Shown here in pieces: positions 54,893-64,000 of a stretch of DNA of 64,000 bases. A program made the translations under genes and the position numbers. Position 1 is the stretch's first letter; each line of letters starts with the position of its first letter. Source of the DNA: Candidatus Thalassarchaeaceae archaeon (GTDB lineage Archaea > Thermoplasmatota > Poseidoniia > Poseidoniales > Thalassarchaeaceae); the NCBI GenBank assembly GCA_029250605.1, contig JAQXEZ010000004.1, positions 35,378 to 99,377 of the forward strand, given 5' to 3'. The notes below the pieces were generated by a model. It did not search any database, was not told the DNA's origin, and was given only the letters and a program-made list of their open reading frames with translations.

Positions 54893-56788
54893 GTGTCAGA
54901 AAGCGAGCAAGAGGATAGGGATATCGGAGCTTCACTGAGCAAGGACATGTCAGAGCTTGAAGATGTCAACCAAGTAGTAGGTAGGAAGATTTGGAGGGTT
55001 GTACCTTATGTCACTAGGTATTGGAAAAAGGCACTTGGTGGAATTCTGGCAAACGCCGGAGCCCGTGCTTTCGATCTCATCCCATTCATCGCAATAGGGA
55101 TGGCCGCAGATTATTATCAATCCAAGACATTTACCAACTCGAGAATAGAGAGAATAGTGAATTGGGGTCCAATCCCTGACTTAGGCCCAATCGACTCCAT
55201 AGAACTCGGATTCGGACTTCTGATTATGGTTTCGTTTACTTTCCTGGCCCTTTTCCAGGGAATCAGCAATCAGCTTTGGCAATCCACTGCATATATGGCG
55301 CAGCACGATATTCGAATGGATGCTACAAATTCACTATTGAATATGGAAGCATCGTACTTTGAAAGTAGACAGACCGGTAATCTGATGTCTGTTCTCTCAG
55401 CAGATGTGGCCCAACTTGAGGATATAATTTCAGACGCAAGTACTAGTATGATTCGAATCACCATAACATTCTCAACTGCATTCATCATAATGTTCTGGAT
55501 GTCTCCAAAACTTGCTCTGATCTTGTTTGCCCCATTGGTAATCATTATTCCAATGGTGATTTGGTTCTCCACTAGAGTTCAGAGGAAGTATAGGAAACAA
55601 CGTGAGAGTACTGGTGGGATTGTTGCAATCTTGGAAAACGTGCTTACTGGCGTAACCGTTGTACAGGCGTATAACGCTAAGGAGTTTGAGAGCGATAGAA
55701 TCGGAAGACAAAGTGGAGACTACCGTGACGCAGCCATTCAAGCCGCATTCATCCGGAATCGATTCATCCCTGGGATTTACGTTGTCGCAGGAATCTCATT
55801 CGGCTTGCTGACCTCGGCAGGTGGTTGGGTCATGGAATCAGGAGAGATTACTGTCGGTCAGTTCGTTACATTCCTCCTAATCTCCACTAGGATGACAATG
55901 CCGATGTTCATTCTTGGAATGCTGCTAAATCAAATCCAGAAAGGCGAAGCTTCGTCGAAGAGAGTTTTCGCAATAATAGACTTGGAACCGTCTATTTTTG
56001 ATAAGGAGGGAGCAGTACCACTAGAAGGGCCAATCGAATCTCTCAGATTCGATAATGTCTCCTTCGCATATCCTATATCGAAGACAAATGTCCTGAACGG
56101 AATCACACTAACTGCCTCTTCTGGGGAGTTCCTTGGAGTGATGGGTCACACTGGAGCAGGTAAGAGTACGATACTGAAACTGATTGAGAGGTTCTACGAG
56201 CCACAGGGAGGGCGCGTGATGATCAATAATAGGGATATTAACGACTATCAGATAGAATCGATAAGGGAGAGAATAGGATTCGTTTCACAAGACCCATTTC
56301 TTTTCTTTGGGACTATCGGGGAGAATGTGGCATATGCTAGGGATTCCAACAATGATCAGATTCTCGGTGCTCTAGAAGCAGCCGGTGCAACTGAGTTCGT
56401 CTCCAGCCTCCCCGATGGTTTGGATACGATGGTTGGCGATAGGGGAGTGATGCTCTCAGGCGGACAGAGGGCTAGAATTAGCCTAGCTAGGGCACTATTG
56501 AAGGATCCCGACCTACTTATCCTCGATGAGGCCAGTGCAGCTCTTGATGCTGAGACGGAGAAGCGCATTCAGGAGTCTCTGTTCGGCAGCTCAAATGGCG
56601 GAAAGAAGAGAATTACCATAGCAGTAGCACACCGTCTATCCACCATTAGGAATGCTGATGAGATTGTTGCAATGGTCGACGGGGCAATTGTGGAGCGTGG
56701 AACGCACAGTAATCTGTTAGCTAATGACAACGTCTACGCATCACAGTGGTCAATCCAGACTGGAGAACTTGTTTCATCGGGGGAATAA
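54893..56788 (+). CDS. ABC exporter, fused permease and ATPase (MsbA/MdlB-like)
   Basis: 631-aa ORF with six N-terminal TM helices, Walker A GHTGAGKST, the signature LSGGQRARISLARAL and Walker B LLILDEA. GTG start. Confidence 0.9.
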   Translation: MSESEQEDRDIGASLSKDMSELEDVNQVVGRKIWRVVPYVTRYWKKALGGILANAGARAFDLIPFIAIGMAADYYQSKTFTNSRIERIVNWGPIPDLGPIDSIELGFGLLIMVSFTFLALFQGISNQLWQSTAYMAQHDIRMDATNSLLNMEASYFESRQTGNLMSVLSADVAQLEDIISDASTSMIRITITFSTAFIIMFWMSPKLALILFAPLVIIIPMVIWFSTRVQRKYRKQRESTGGIVAILENVLTGVTVVQAYNAKEFESDRIGRQSGDYRDAAIQAAFIRNRFIPGIYVVAGISFGLLTSAGGWVMESGEITVGQFVTFLLISTRMTMPMFILGMLLNQIQKGEASSKRVFAIIDLEPSIFDKEGAVPLEGPIESLRFDNVSFAYPISKTNVLNGITLTASSGEFLGVMGHTGAGKSTILKLIERFYEPQGGRVMINNRDINDYQIESIRERIGFVSQDPFLFFGTIGENVAYARDSNNDQILGALEAAGATEFVSSLPDGLDTMVGDRGVMLSGGQRARISLARALLKDPDLLILDEASAALDAETEKRIQESLFGSSNGGKKRITIAVAHRLSTIRNADEIVAMVDGAIVERGTHSNLLANDNVYASQWSIQTGELVSSGE

Positions 56789-57531
56789 TCTTGGATGAAA
56801 CCCAGATTCCCTGGGTTTCTGTTGAGCCCGGTTCGGTCCTGGTCGGTTCCGATGATCGTTCAATTCTTTTCGGAGGAATCGGACCACGTCACGAGGTAAA
56901 CATTGATTATTCATTTAGAATTTCGGAAAGGCCGTTGGATTTCGAAGAAGTAGTTAGTATTGAACAGAATTCTGATATGGAGATTGCTTCCGACTCCGAG
57001 TGGCAGTTGGCATACTCCAGAGGTCTATTATCGGGAATTGACGGCTCTTCTGAGTCATTGGCAGATTCTGCACGAGACTACTGGGGGAAGCCCTGTGATG
57101 GCAGACCTTTCGTAAATGATAACAATTGTCCGACGTTGATACGAATATGGAAGTCGGGAAAAGCAGAAACACTCACCGTTTTCTCCAAGAGAAATAATGT
57201 AGAACCAGTTGCAGATGGGGTTAGAATGGTAGTGAGGGAACACTCCGGTTGGAATGAAAATCCCTTGTTCATCCCCATTGGTGGTAATCGCTCGAAGGTC
57301 ATTATGGAAGAAATACTGATTTGCACCATCATCGGCATTCTGCCTTCATTTGTCTGGGCATTTTTCAATGCCAGTCCAGGTTACATCACAGAAGGTTGGC
57401 TGAATCTAGTTCTCGGTGGTCTGTTCCTCGGCATGTTAACAATGCTATTCTGGCGTCCAAGACAACCAACTTGGCGAATTGAGTCTGACCGCATGATTCC
57501 TTCACGAAGAAAAAGGAGAAGGGATCACTAA
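56746..57531 (+). CDS. Hypothetical protein with C-terminal TM helices (weak FGE/SUMF1-like resemblance)
   Basis: 261-aa ORF. The start is probably the TTG at 56791, just after the ABC gene stop. SEWQLAYSRG weakly recalls FGE-sulfatase domains. There are two C-terminal TM helices and a basic tail. Confidence 0.4.
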   Translation: MVNPDWRTCFIGGIILDETQIPWVSVEPGSVLVGSDDRSILFGGIGPRHEVNIDYSFRISERPLDFEEVVSIEQNSDMEIASDSEWQLAYSRGLLSGIDGSSESLADSARDYWGKPCDGRPFVNDNNCPTLIRIWKSGKAETLTVFSKRNNVEPVADGVRMVVREHSGWNENPLFIPIGGNRSKVIMEEILICTIIGILPSFVWAFFNASPGYITEGWLNLVLGGLFLGMLTMLFWRPRQPTWRIESDRMIPSRRKRRRDH

Positions 57532-58616
57532 CCCCTATCTCTATCATCAATCTGTGAATTCGGACTCCCTGTTGCGATGCTTATTCTGGCTTTGTTGATT
57601 CCAATCCCATAATCCCATAATAGCATTAACGAAACAATCGAAGAAAGAAAAATTGTAACCGGACTTTTGTTGGGAGATGGCCCTAGAATAGCTCCAGACC
57701 ATGCAATGATATTGAACAAGACTACCAGAGTGGGCAATTGGTGTACAGAAGCCCTTTCCACACCCAGTGGAACTGTTTCGGTTGAAATATCCCAGAATGA
57801 AGGCCAAGCAAGACCCCCATTTAGACAACCCCAGATGAAAGCCACTAGCGAAAAAAACACTAGAACCGGGAATGCAGAAACCAAGCCATGGCTCCATCCC
57901 CAAAGTCTCGGGTACCTCTTTCCCGCTAGGGTCCTAACAAGTCCGTAGTTCCTAATCTGTTTCCTTACTCTTGAGACTCCTCGTCTTCGATGCCACATAG
58001 TTGCACTGCCATCTGACCAGAGACGATGCCCCAATAATCTGATTCGATGATCCAGCATCACATCTTCTGCACCTATCGCCCCTCGGTCAAATCCACCAAC
58101 TTCTTCCAAAACCTCTCTCCTGTATGCTGAGTTCACCCCAGGAAGTTGCTCCACTTCCTCGAGAGCCGCCCCTTCCGACCTTCTGCCATAATTCGTTCCA
58201 GCGGTGAGGAATTTGTTGCAGAAAGCAACATCAATTGATTTCTGCCAGATATTGGATTCATCAACAGGTGCGAAGTTTGGCCCACCTACTCCGGATACCT
58301 CGGGACGCTGGAACCACCTCTCCAATTTCTCGACCCAGTCTTGAGGGACGATCACATCATCATCCGTGAAGAAGACTAATTCAGATTCCGTCTCTTCAAT
58401 AGCTACATTACAGGCGTCTGCTCTGTTCCTAGAACCCCTGTCATCGATGTACCTGAACCCCCTATCCTCAGTCACTTGCCTCCCTTGATCCCCGGTAGGT
58501 CCGACGACCACCACATCTAGTTCTTGGAAAGTTTGGTTCGCCAACCCATCCAATACCACTGCAAGCTCAGTGGAGTTGTCCACTGTGGGGATGATGACGC
58601 AGACCCTGCTAGTCAC
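57528..58616 (-). CDS. Family 2 glycosyltransferase with C-terminal TM helices
   Basis: 362-aa ORF with VCVIIPT, FTDDDVIV (DxD) and a GT-A fold pattern, followed by about four TM helices. Confidence 0.8.
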   Translation of the reverse strand: MTSRVCVIIPTVDNSTELAVVLDGLANQTFQELDVVVVGPTGDQGRQVTEDRGFRYIDDRGSRNRADACNVAIEETESELVFFTDDDVIVPQDWVEKLERWFQRPEVSGVGGPNFAPVDESNIWQKSIDVAFCNKFLTAGTNYGRRSEGAALEEVEQLPGVNSAYRREVLEEVGGFDRGAIGAEDVMLDHRIRLLGHRLWSDGSATMWHRRRGVSRVRKQIRNYGLVRTLAGKRYPRLWGWSHGLVSAFPVLVFFSLVAFIWGCLNGGLAWPSFWDISTETVPLGVERASVHQLPTLVVLFNIIAWSGAILGPSPNKSPVTIFLSSIVSLMLLWDYGIGINKARISIATGSPNSQIDDRDRG

Positions 58617-58654
58617 GAGAAGTCCGGAGAGGGGGGCATTGATGAGTTCACGGG

Positions 58655-59401
58655 TCAGTCATTGACAATTCTCGGTGCTAGGAAGTAAGTCCACCTAGCC
58701 CCACCTTCGTTGCTCATCCACGAAAGTCTGAGGGGATACTTCTCTTCAAACTCAAGTGATACTTCATTCGTGAAGCCACCAGCAAGCTTCTTGGTCAACT
58801 CACCAAGATACTGGAGGGAATAGGTAGAATGTGTTGGCGATACACAGATTAATTCACTCAACTCGCCCGATTCGAATTTCACATTTACCCCCTCGCCAGC
58901 CTCAACAGTAACAGAGACTGCTAACTCATTCTTGTCCATACTGAGGTCTACTTCCCCACCAACAAACTTTGCAGCCCTCAAAGCCCTGGAAAGCTTCTCA
59001 GAGTCAATGGTTGCCTTTGACTTGAATTCTAGATTTGGTTGGTTGGGATTGTCCATCGTGCTGGTGTCAATCCCTCTGAGTATCATTAGGACCTCTCCAA
59101 CTCTGACGTTTATCGCCCCAACCGCATCATCATAATCCATCTCAACAAGATCACTTGGGCCTGCAAGTGTCAGAAGATCTCTCATTTTTTGGAGATCAAG
59201 CCCAATCTCTACCGGTTCGATTTCGTATGTTTCGAAGCACTCATCTGCAATTGTTGCTGAGAGAAGCGCTACGTGCGAACCATCAACTACTGATACGCTC
59301 AGGCCTTTTTCACCCCATACCAGTTTAGCCTCAGAGGTAAGTACCGACAGGATATCTACTATCTCCCTCATTAGTTGCTGCTTGGCTGTAATTCTAAGCA
59401 T
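58655..59401 (-). CDS. pcn: DNA polymerase sliding clamp PCNA
   Basis: 248-aa ORF with a two-domain PCNA pattern and the C-terminal YFLAPRI motif. Confidence 0.9.
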   Translation of the reverse strand: MLRITAKQQLMREIVDILSVLTSEAKLVWGEKGLSVSVVDGSHVALLSATIADECFETYEIEPVEIGLDLQKMRDLLTLAGPSDLVEMDYDDAVGAINVRVGEVLMILRGIDTSTMDNPNQPNLEFKSKATIDSEKLSRALRAAKFVGGEVDLSMDKNELAVSVTVEAGEGVNVKFESGELSELICVSPTHSTYSLQYLGELTKKLAGGFTNEVSLEFEEKYPLRLSWMSNEGGARWTYFLAPRIVND

Positions 59402-59470
59402 CCACTCGCCTCGATTTCCATCTACTGCATAGGAGGCTCTTGATGCTTATTGGCATCAAACCAGAATAAT

Positions 59471-59917
59471 CTACTGGTACTCCCTCCACTTATGCTTGCA
59501 CTCGAGATTCGCACATGAGCAGAACTTAGTCTCCGGCTCATCAGAAGATCTAGTTTGCTGCAAGTGAACGTAAGCATTCCTTCCATTGCACTTTGGGCAA
59601 ATGTAGTCGCCCTCTCTCAGAGTTCCTTGAGGTCCGTCTTCTTCTACTACCTCGGTCAGATGCTTTAGAGACTTTGAGCCAGTAGTCGCCATGGTCTTGG
59701 AAAGATCGATGGTCTCACCCGTCATAGGATCAGTAAATTCTGACCCCTTACCATCTTCTCCTGATAGGGGCCCCTCGTATCCACATTTGTAATCCGGGCA
59801 CTTAATCCAACCCTTATCATCGGGATATGAAAGCGCTCCACACTCAGGACAAAACAACTCTATCACCATTGTCGTATTAACGAGAACCAAACTAGCCTGA
59901 GACTTCCGACTATTCAA
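59471..59917 (-). CDS. tfs: Transcription factor S / RPB9-like zinc-ribbon protein
   Basis: N-terminal ribbon FCPECG...CPDYKCG and the C-terminal TFIIS-type ribbon CPKCNGRNAYVHLQQTRSSDEPETKFCSCANLECKHKW. At 148 aa it is longer than typical TFS. Confidence 0.8.
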   Translation of the reverse strand: MNSRKSQASLVLVNTTMVIELFCPECGALSYPDDKGWIKCPDYKCGYEGPLSGEDGKGSEFTDPMTGETIDLSKTMATTGSKSLKHLTEVVEEDGPQGTLREGDYICPKCNGRNAYVHLQQTRSSDEPETKFCSCANLECKHKWREYQ

Positions 59918-59962
59918 CTATTCGTCTATCGTTACATAGGTTGCCGCACCGTTCAAGCCATC

Positions 59963-60982
59963 GTGCCTATTGGAGGGGCCATGAAAATCATCTTCGATTG
60001 GCGTCTATCACGTGTTGTCGATGATCAAGGCAACATTGTAGACGAGATTGTGTGGGATGGCCGAATGTCACCATCTGGAGTAGCAAAAAGACTGTGGAAG
60101 ATACAACAAGGTCGCCGACTTCCCGAGGTCATAACCCTCTCTGAGAGATTCCCAGAAGCAAAAATAGATCCTCTGGGGGTTCTTTCAGAAACAAACTGGC
60201 CCAAGGGGGATGACTCGGAAGAAATTTTCCAAAGAGCCACATTGGTACTAGCGAAGATGGGGGTCGCCGACTCTTCCAAAGACATGGATAGGAGGCTTGA
60301 CATGCTAGTTTCAGCAACACTGGAAGCTCGGTCATCTTGGACGACATCGGAATCGCGTTGCATCGAATGGGCCGGGCTTTTCATCACAGAGGCAGACCTA
60401 GATTCCCAGCGGGGCGAAATCCCTCCTGCCATTGCGTCCTCAGAAACCATTGTCGATGCTTCGGAGAAATTAGGGGTAACGCCACCAATACATCTGCCCT
60501 CAGATTCTGAGTGGGCATCCATGGTCTCACATGCCCTTTCTGTCACCTCATCATCAAAAATCCTCGAACAATTGGAGGATTCGATTAGGGAAATTGCTGC
60601 CATCCATGTTCCATCACTAAGTGCACTACTGGGTCCGATATCAGCCGCCAAGCTGGTCTCTCTTGCCGGAGGGAGGGAGAGACTCGCTCGAATGCCATCT
60701 GGCTCTCTCCAGGTTCTCGGTGCCCACGCTGCAATGTCTGCGCACAGGAGAGGGGCCCCTCCTCCAAAACATGGAGCAGTCCTCTTCTCTATGCCCCAAG
60801 TAAGCAGATCTCCAAGATGGGTGAGGGGGAAGATTGCAAGATATATTGCAGGCAAGGCAAGCATCGCTACCAGAGTCGATCACTTCGACGGAGAGACTTG
60901 GGGGAAAGCCAAGATCGATGAGATAAATAGTGAGATTGAGGCAATCAAGGCAAAGTTTCCCAAACCGCCAAAGAGGGGTTGA
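59963..60982 (+). CDS. nop5: Nop5 (Nop56/58) box C/D RNP core protein
   Basis: NOP domain motifs AAKLVSLAGGRERLARMPSGSLQVLGA and a basic KKE-like tail. The start is probably the ATG at 59981 (MKIIFDW). Confidence 0.85.
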   Translation: MPIGGAMKIIFDWRLSRVVDDQGNIVDEIVWDGRMSPSGVAKRLWKIQQGRRLPEVITLSERFPEAKIDPLGVLSETNWPKGDDSEEIFQRATLVLAKMGVADSSKDMDRRLDMLVSATLEARSSWTTSESRCIEWAGLFITEADLDSQRGEIPPAIASSETIVDASEKLGVTPPIHLPSDSEWASMVSHALSVTSSSKILEQLEDSIREIAAIHVPSLSALLGPISAAKLVSLAGGRERLARMPSGSLQVLGAHAAMSAHRRGAPPPKHGAVLFSMPQVSRSPRWVRGKIARYIAGKASIATRVDHFDGETWGKAKIDEINSEIEAIKAKFPKPPKRG

Positions 60983-60985
60983 GAG

Positions 60986-61690
60986 ATGGCAAACAAGTCA
61001 AAACCAATCGTATGGGGAGTCAGGAGGGAGGGGAGAACCCTCTGGACTAGGAATGCAGTGAAGGGAGTTTCAGTAAGAGGCGAGAGGAGGAAAAGAGACG
61101 GCAGAATTGAGTGGAGGAGGTGGGATCCGACCAAGTCGAAGGTCGCCGCTGCAATCCTCAGAACAAGAGCCGAACAATCTTCTCTGCTTCCAACTCCTGG
61201 TTCGACATGCCTATACCTGGGCGCATCCAGTGGTGGAACTGTCAGCCATATTCACGATTTCGTCTGCGGTGCAGACAACCACCACAGCGGACAGTTGGTG
61301 GCAGTGGAGATTTCTCCTCGCATGGTTCGAGATTTAGTCAAACTCTCAGACAGAAGGCCTGGACTTGTCCCAGTATTGGGCGATGCTAGGAAGCCAGAAC
61401 AGATTGCTGCCTTCATCAGGGGCAAGGCAAATTGGATCCATCAGGACCTCAGCATAGCAGACCAAGCTGAGACATTCGTAAGAATGGCAACTTCGTTCCT
61501 CGCCCCTGGTGGAATCGGCCTACTTAGTCTGAAGGCTGCAAGCGAGAGGTCATCCGAAGGAGACGACAACTCAAGATTCCAGAAGGCAGAACAGATTCTA
61601 ATGAATTCAGACCTTGTTCTTGAAGAAAGAATAGATTTGACTGGTTTGGAGGAGCAACATGTGGTTTTCACTTGTTCTTCATGCACCTGA
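60986..61690 (+). CDS. flpA: Fibrillarin rRNA/tRNA 2'-O-methyltransferase
   Basis: 234-aa ORF with the SAM motif LYLGASSGGTVSHIHDFV and GDARKP. It lies immediately downstream of nop5, the conserved archaeal arrangement. Confidence 0.9.
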   Translation: MANKSKPIVWGVRREGRTLWTRNAVKGVSVRGERRKRDGRIEWRRWDPTKSKVAAAILRTRAEQSSLLPTPGSTCLYLGASSGGTVSHIHDFVCGADNHHSGQLVAVEISPRMVRDLVKLSDRRPGLVPVLGDARKPEQIAAFIRGKANWIHQDLSIADQAETFVRMATSFLAPGGIGLLSLKAASERSSEGDDNSRFQKAEQILMNSDLVLEERIDLTGLEEQHVVFTCSSCT

Positions 61691-62080
61691 GAGGACCATG
61701 GCCGTGAACAGGCCGCCATAGACCACCATCATCAGAATAAATAGGCCAATTCCAATCCAGGCAACAATCTGAGCGGCCTTCGCGAGACCTTGATCGGGGT
61801 GGCCAGGGTACTGGCTAGTTGTAGCTAGGGCTCCATTTGCCAGGATTAGAGCCGGAAGTGCCGTGCAAACCGAGCAAGCCACTATGCCTAGGATTCCAAG
61901 TACTAGAGCCAGAACGGCATTTGTCGTGGGCATTATCATCCCAGGCCCCCCATGCCCCTGCACGAAGATCTGTTGCGGCGCTTGACTCGTAACGCTCGGA
62001 CTCCCCTCTAGAATTACCGTCTCAGGAGGTTCGTTTGCTTCTTCGGTTGAAACCCAGTCGGGCACCTTACTCTCTTCCAT
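61679..62080 (-). CDS. Small membrane protein (DUF4190-like)
   Basis: 133-aa ORF with an acidic N-terminus and two long hydrophobic helices. Confidence 0.45.
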   Translation of the reverse strand: MEESKVPDWVSTEEANEPPETVILEGSPSVTSQAPQQIFVQGHGGPGMIMPTTNAVLALVLGILGIVACSVCTALPALILANGALATTSQYPGHPDQGLAKAAQIVAWIGIGLFILMMVVYGGLFTAMVLSGA

Positions 62081-62163
62081 TAGTTGAATGCGTTAGGGCT
62101 CGGGGGAATAACTCTGTCGAAGTCACTACGAAAGGTAATGGCCCACCTCTTAGACCAATATAC

Positions 62164-63057
62164 ATGCCAGAGTTACCCGAGGTCGAGACCGTACGCCTTG
62201 GCTTGGAGAGGCACCTCATTGGCCGGAAGATTACGTCAGTAGATCTGAGGCGAAGTGACCTCAGGTTCCCATTCCCGAGAGATTTCGTTACATCACTTAG
62301 GGATCGTTTGGTGCAGTCAGTAGATCGTCGGGCAAAGTACCTGCTCATTCGCCTTGAAGGTGGCATTACGTGGCTCTGCCATCTTGGGATGAGTGGAAGG
62401 TGGACGCTAATCGGGGAAGGAATTGAGAGCAGACCCGGTAGTTTCTCCAACGGAGCCCCGGTGGGTAGCGGGGATGGCCCTCATGATTGGGTGGTCGTTC
62501 ACCTAGACAACGGAAGCAAGGCAGTCTACTCTGATCATCGAAGATTTGGATTCATGGATTGCTTCCCAACATCGGAACAAGACAGCCACAAATTGCTTTC
62601 CAATCTTGGTCCCGAACCAACTCCAAACCATCTTGTTCCAGGAGAATTAGGCGACGGCCTAAGGGGGAAGAGGACCCCAATCAAGTCTGCATTGTTAGAT
62701 CAGCGAGTTATCGCTGGACTCGGAAATATCTACGTTTGTGAGATTCTACACAGGGCAGGAGTGTCTCCTAGAAGAAAGGCGAACAGCGTAGCGGGAAAAT
62801 CAGGGGTCTCAAGAAGAGTGGAGAGGATTACTGCCGCCACCCATGATGTAATCACCGAGGCTATTGATGCAGGGGGGTCAACACTGCAGGATTTCCGAGG
62901 AGTCGGCGGAGAAGAGGCTATGGGTTATTTCGTTCATAATTTCCAGGTTTATGGCAGGGAAGGAATGAGTTGCATGAAGGAAGGCTGCCACGGTTCCATC
63001 AAGAGAATTGTTCAGTCAAACAGATCCACCTTTTACTGCTCAACCTGCCAACGCTGA
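62164..63057 (+). CDS. mutM: Formamidopyrimidine-DNA glycosylase (Fpg/Nei family)
   Basis: The catalytic N-terminus MPELPEVE starts at the ATG at 62164. It also has an H2TH region (LLDQRVIAGLGNIY) and a C-terminal zinc finger C..C...C..C. Confidence 0.85.
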   Translation: MPELPEVETVRLGLERHLIGRKITSVDLRRSDLRFPFPRDFVTSLRDRLVQSVDRRAKYLLIRLEGGITWLCHLGMSGRWTLIGEGIESRPGSFSNGAPVGSGDGPHDWVVVHLDNGSKAVYSDHRRFGFMDCFPTSEQDSHKLLSNLGPEPTPNHLVPGELGDGLRGKRTPIKSALLDQRVIAGLGNIYVCEILHRAGVSPRRKANSVAGKSGVSRRVERITAATHDVITEAIDAGGSTLQDFRGVGGEEAMGYFVHNFQVYGREGMSCMKEGCHGSIKRIVQSNRSTFYCSTCQR

Positions 63058-63062
63058 GTTGG

Positions 63063-64000
63063 CTAGTTGTGATCCTGGGACATCTCTATCCCCTTGACAA
63101 GAGCAAGAAGAATCTCGTTTCGCGGAGTATGGATTCCAAACTCCTCGCCCTTGGAAATTACCGCTCCACAAATCACATCAATCTCGGTTTTCCTCCCTGC
63201 CATAAGATCCTGTAGCATGGAGACCCTATTTTCAGCAGTAGCAGTGACCACTTTCTTGAGGTAATCCTCGATATTCATTGACCCCAGATCAACGCCCGAT
63301 GCCCTTGCAACTGTCTCCGCCTCTCTCATCGCCTCAAGAGACTGAATCCAGAGCTCGGGGATTTCTAACAGGCTTCCGTTCCTGATTCCTGCTATTGCGC
63401 ATATCGGATTGATTGCTACGTTGATCATCAGTTTCCTCCATATTTCCTTATTGATATCTGATGACCAAATTGGATTCAAGCCCGCCTCTTCCAATAGCGA
63501 AACAAACTCAGCCTCAGTTGGATTTGGACCCGACCCATCCAGATTTCCTATGGACATCGAACCCCTACCTGTCCAATGCACTCCGCCTTCGCTGTCTCTC
63601 CATGCCGAGTGCGTAGTTGAGCCACCGACCACTCTCTCCCAACCAACTCTGCTAGCGATTTTTCCAGCATTTCCTAGGCCATTTTGAATACTAACAACAA
63701 CTCCTCCCTCCGTCACAATGTCTTCAGCTATGGAGGAAAGTGCAGATGTCGAGTCTGCCTTGCCAGCAATAATGGCCACATCACAGGAATTGTACATAGC
63801 CTCATTCAGTGGACCCCTTTGACTGTCTATGAGCACATAGCGACCTCCTGGGATCATTTCAACGGCACCCTCGGGTGTGAAGATGGTTAGCCCCGTTTCG
63901 AGAATTTCTGCCGTCCCCCCCCTAGATACGCAGACCAATTCTGCCCCAGTATCCGCCAGACAACCAGCAATGACCCCCCCCAAGGCTCCAGTTCCAAGTA
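63063..64000 (-). CDS. panE: 2-dehydropantoate 2-reductase (PanE/ApbA family), N-terminus cut by the window edge
   Basis: The reading frame stays open to the window end. The Rossmann loop GTGALGGVIAG is visible at the edge, and the C-terminal ApbA_C-like region contains SMLQDL..GRKTEID. Confidence 0.75.
   Translation of the reverse strand, partial: LGTGALGGVIAGCLADTGAELVCVSRGGTAEILETGLTIFTPEGAVEMIPGGRYVLIDSQRGPLNEAMYNSCDVAIIAGKADSTSALSSIAEDIVTEGGVVVSIQNGLGNAGKIASRVGWERVVGGSTTHSAWRDSEGGVHWTGRGSMSIGNLDGSGPNPTEAEFVSLLEEAGLNPIWSSDINKEIWRKLMINVAINPICAIAGIRNGSLLEIPELWIQSLEAMREAETVARASGVDLGSMNIEDYLKKVVTATAENRVSMLQDLMAGRKTEIDVICGAVISKGEEFGIHTPRNEILLALVKGIEMSQDHN

Overview
The window reads as an archaeal chromosomal segment. 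It carries Orc1/Cdc6, PCNA, the primase small subunit, TFS, Nop5 and fibrillarin, ABCE1 and an archaeal-type triosephosphate isomerase. These sit among many bacterial-type metabolic genes: succinyl-CoA synthetase, three crotonases, 3-hydroxyacyl-CoA dehydrogenase, aldehyde dehydrogenase, GlpX, class I aldolase, GrpE and Fpg. That mix suggests a heterotrophic Thermoplasmatota or Marine Group II-like lineage, but this is inference only. I support about 62 CDS, one tRNA-Gly(UCC), one roughly 320-nt structured RNA locus and one candidate replication origin. I saw no rRNA genes, CRISPR arrays, transposases or integrases. The most unusual stretch is 38.7-45.5 kb. It holds two AT-rich spacers about 6 kb apart that share the TTTCCA(C) half-site of archaeal origin recognition boxes. 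One spacer lies beside orc1/cdc6. The other has a perfect dyad and lies between a small winged-helix gene and an 876-aa orphan protein with an N-terminal winged helix. Between the two spacers are a structured RNA of ambiguous identity (RNase P versus SRP signatures) and a PPAT-DPCK fusion gene. Other items worth follow-up are a very divergent two-repeat TBP-fold protein in a three-gene operon, a five-gene operon around a PaaA/BoxB-type diiron oxygenase, a possibly GC-rich 930-aa SF2 helicase, tandem squalene/phytoene synthase paralogs and several unusual secreted or membrane proteins. All protein calls rest on motifs read from the supplied translations. No database searches were run.
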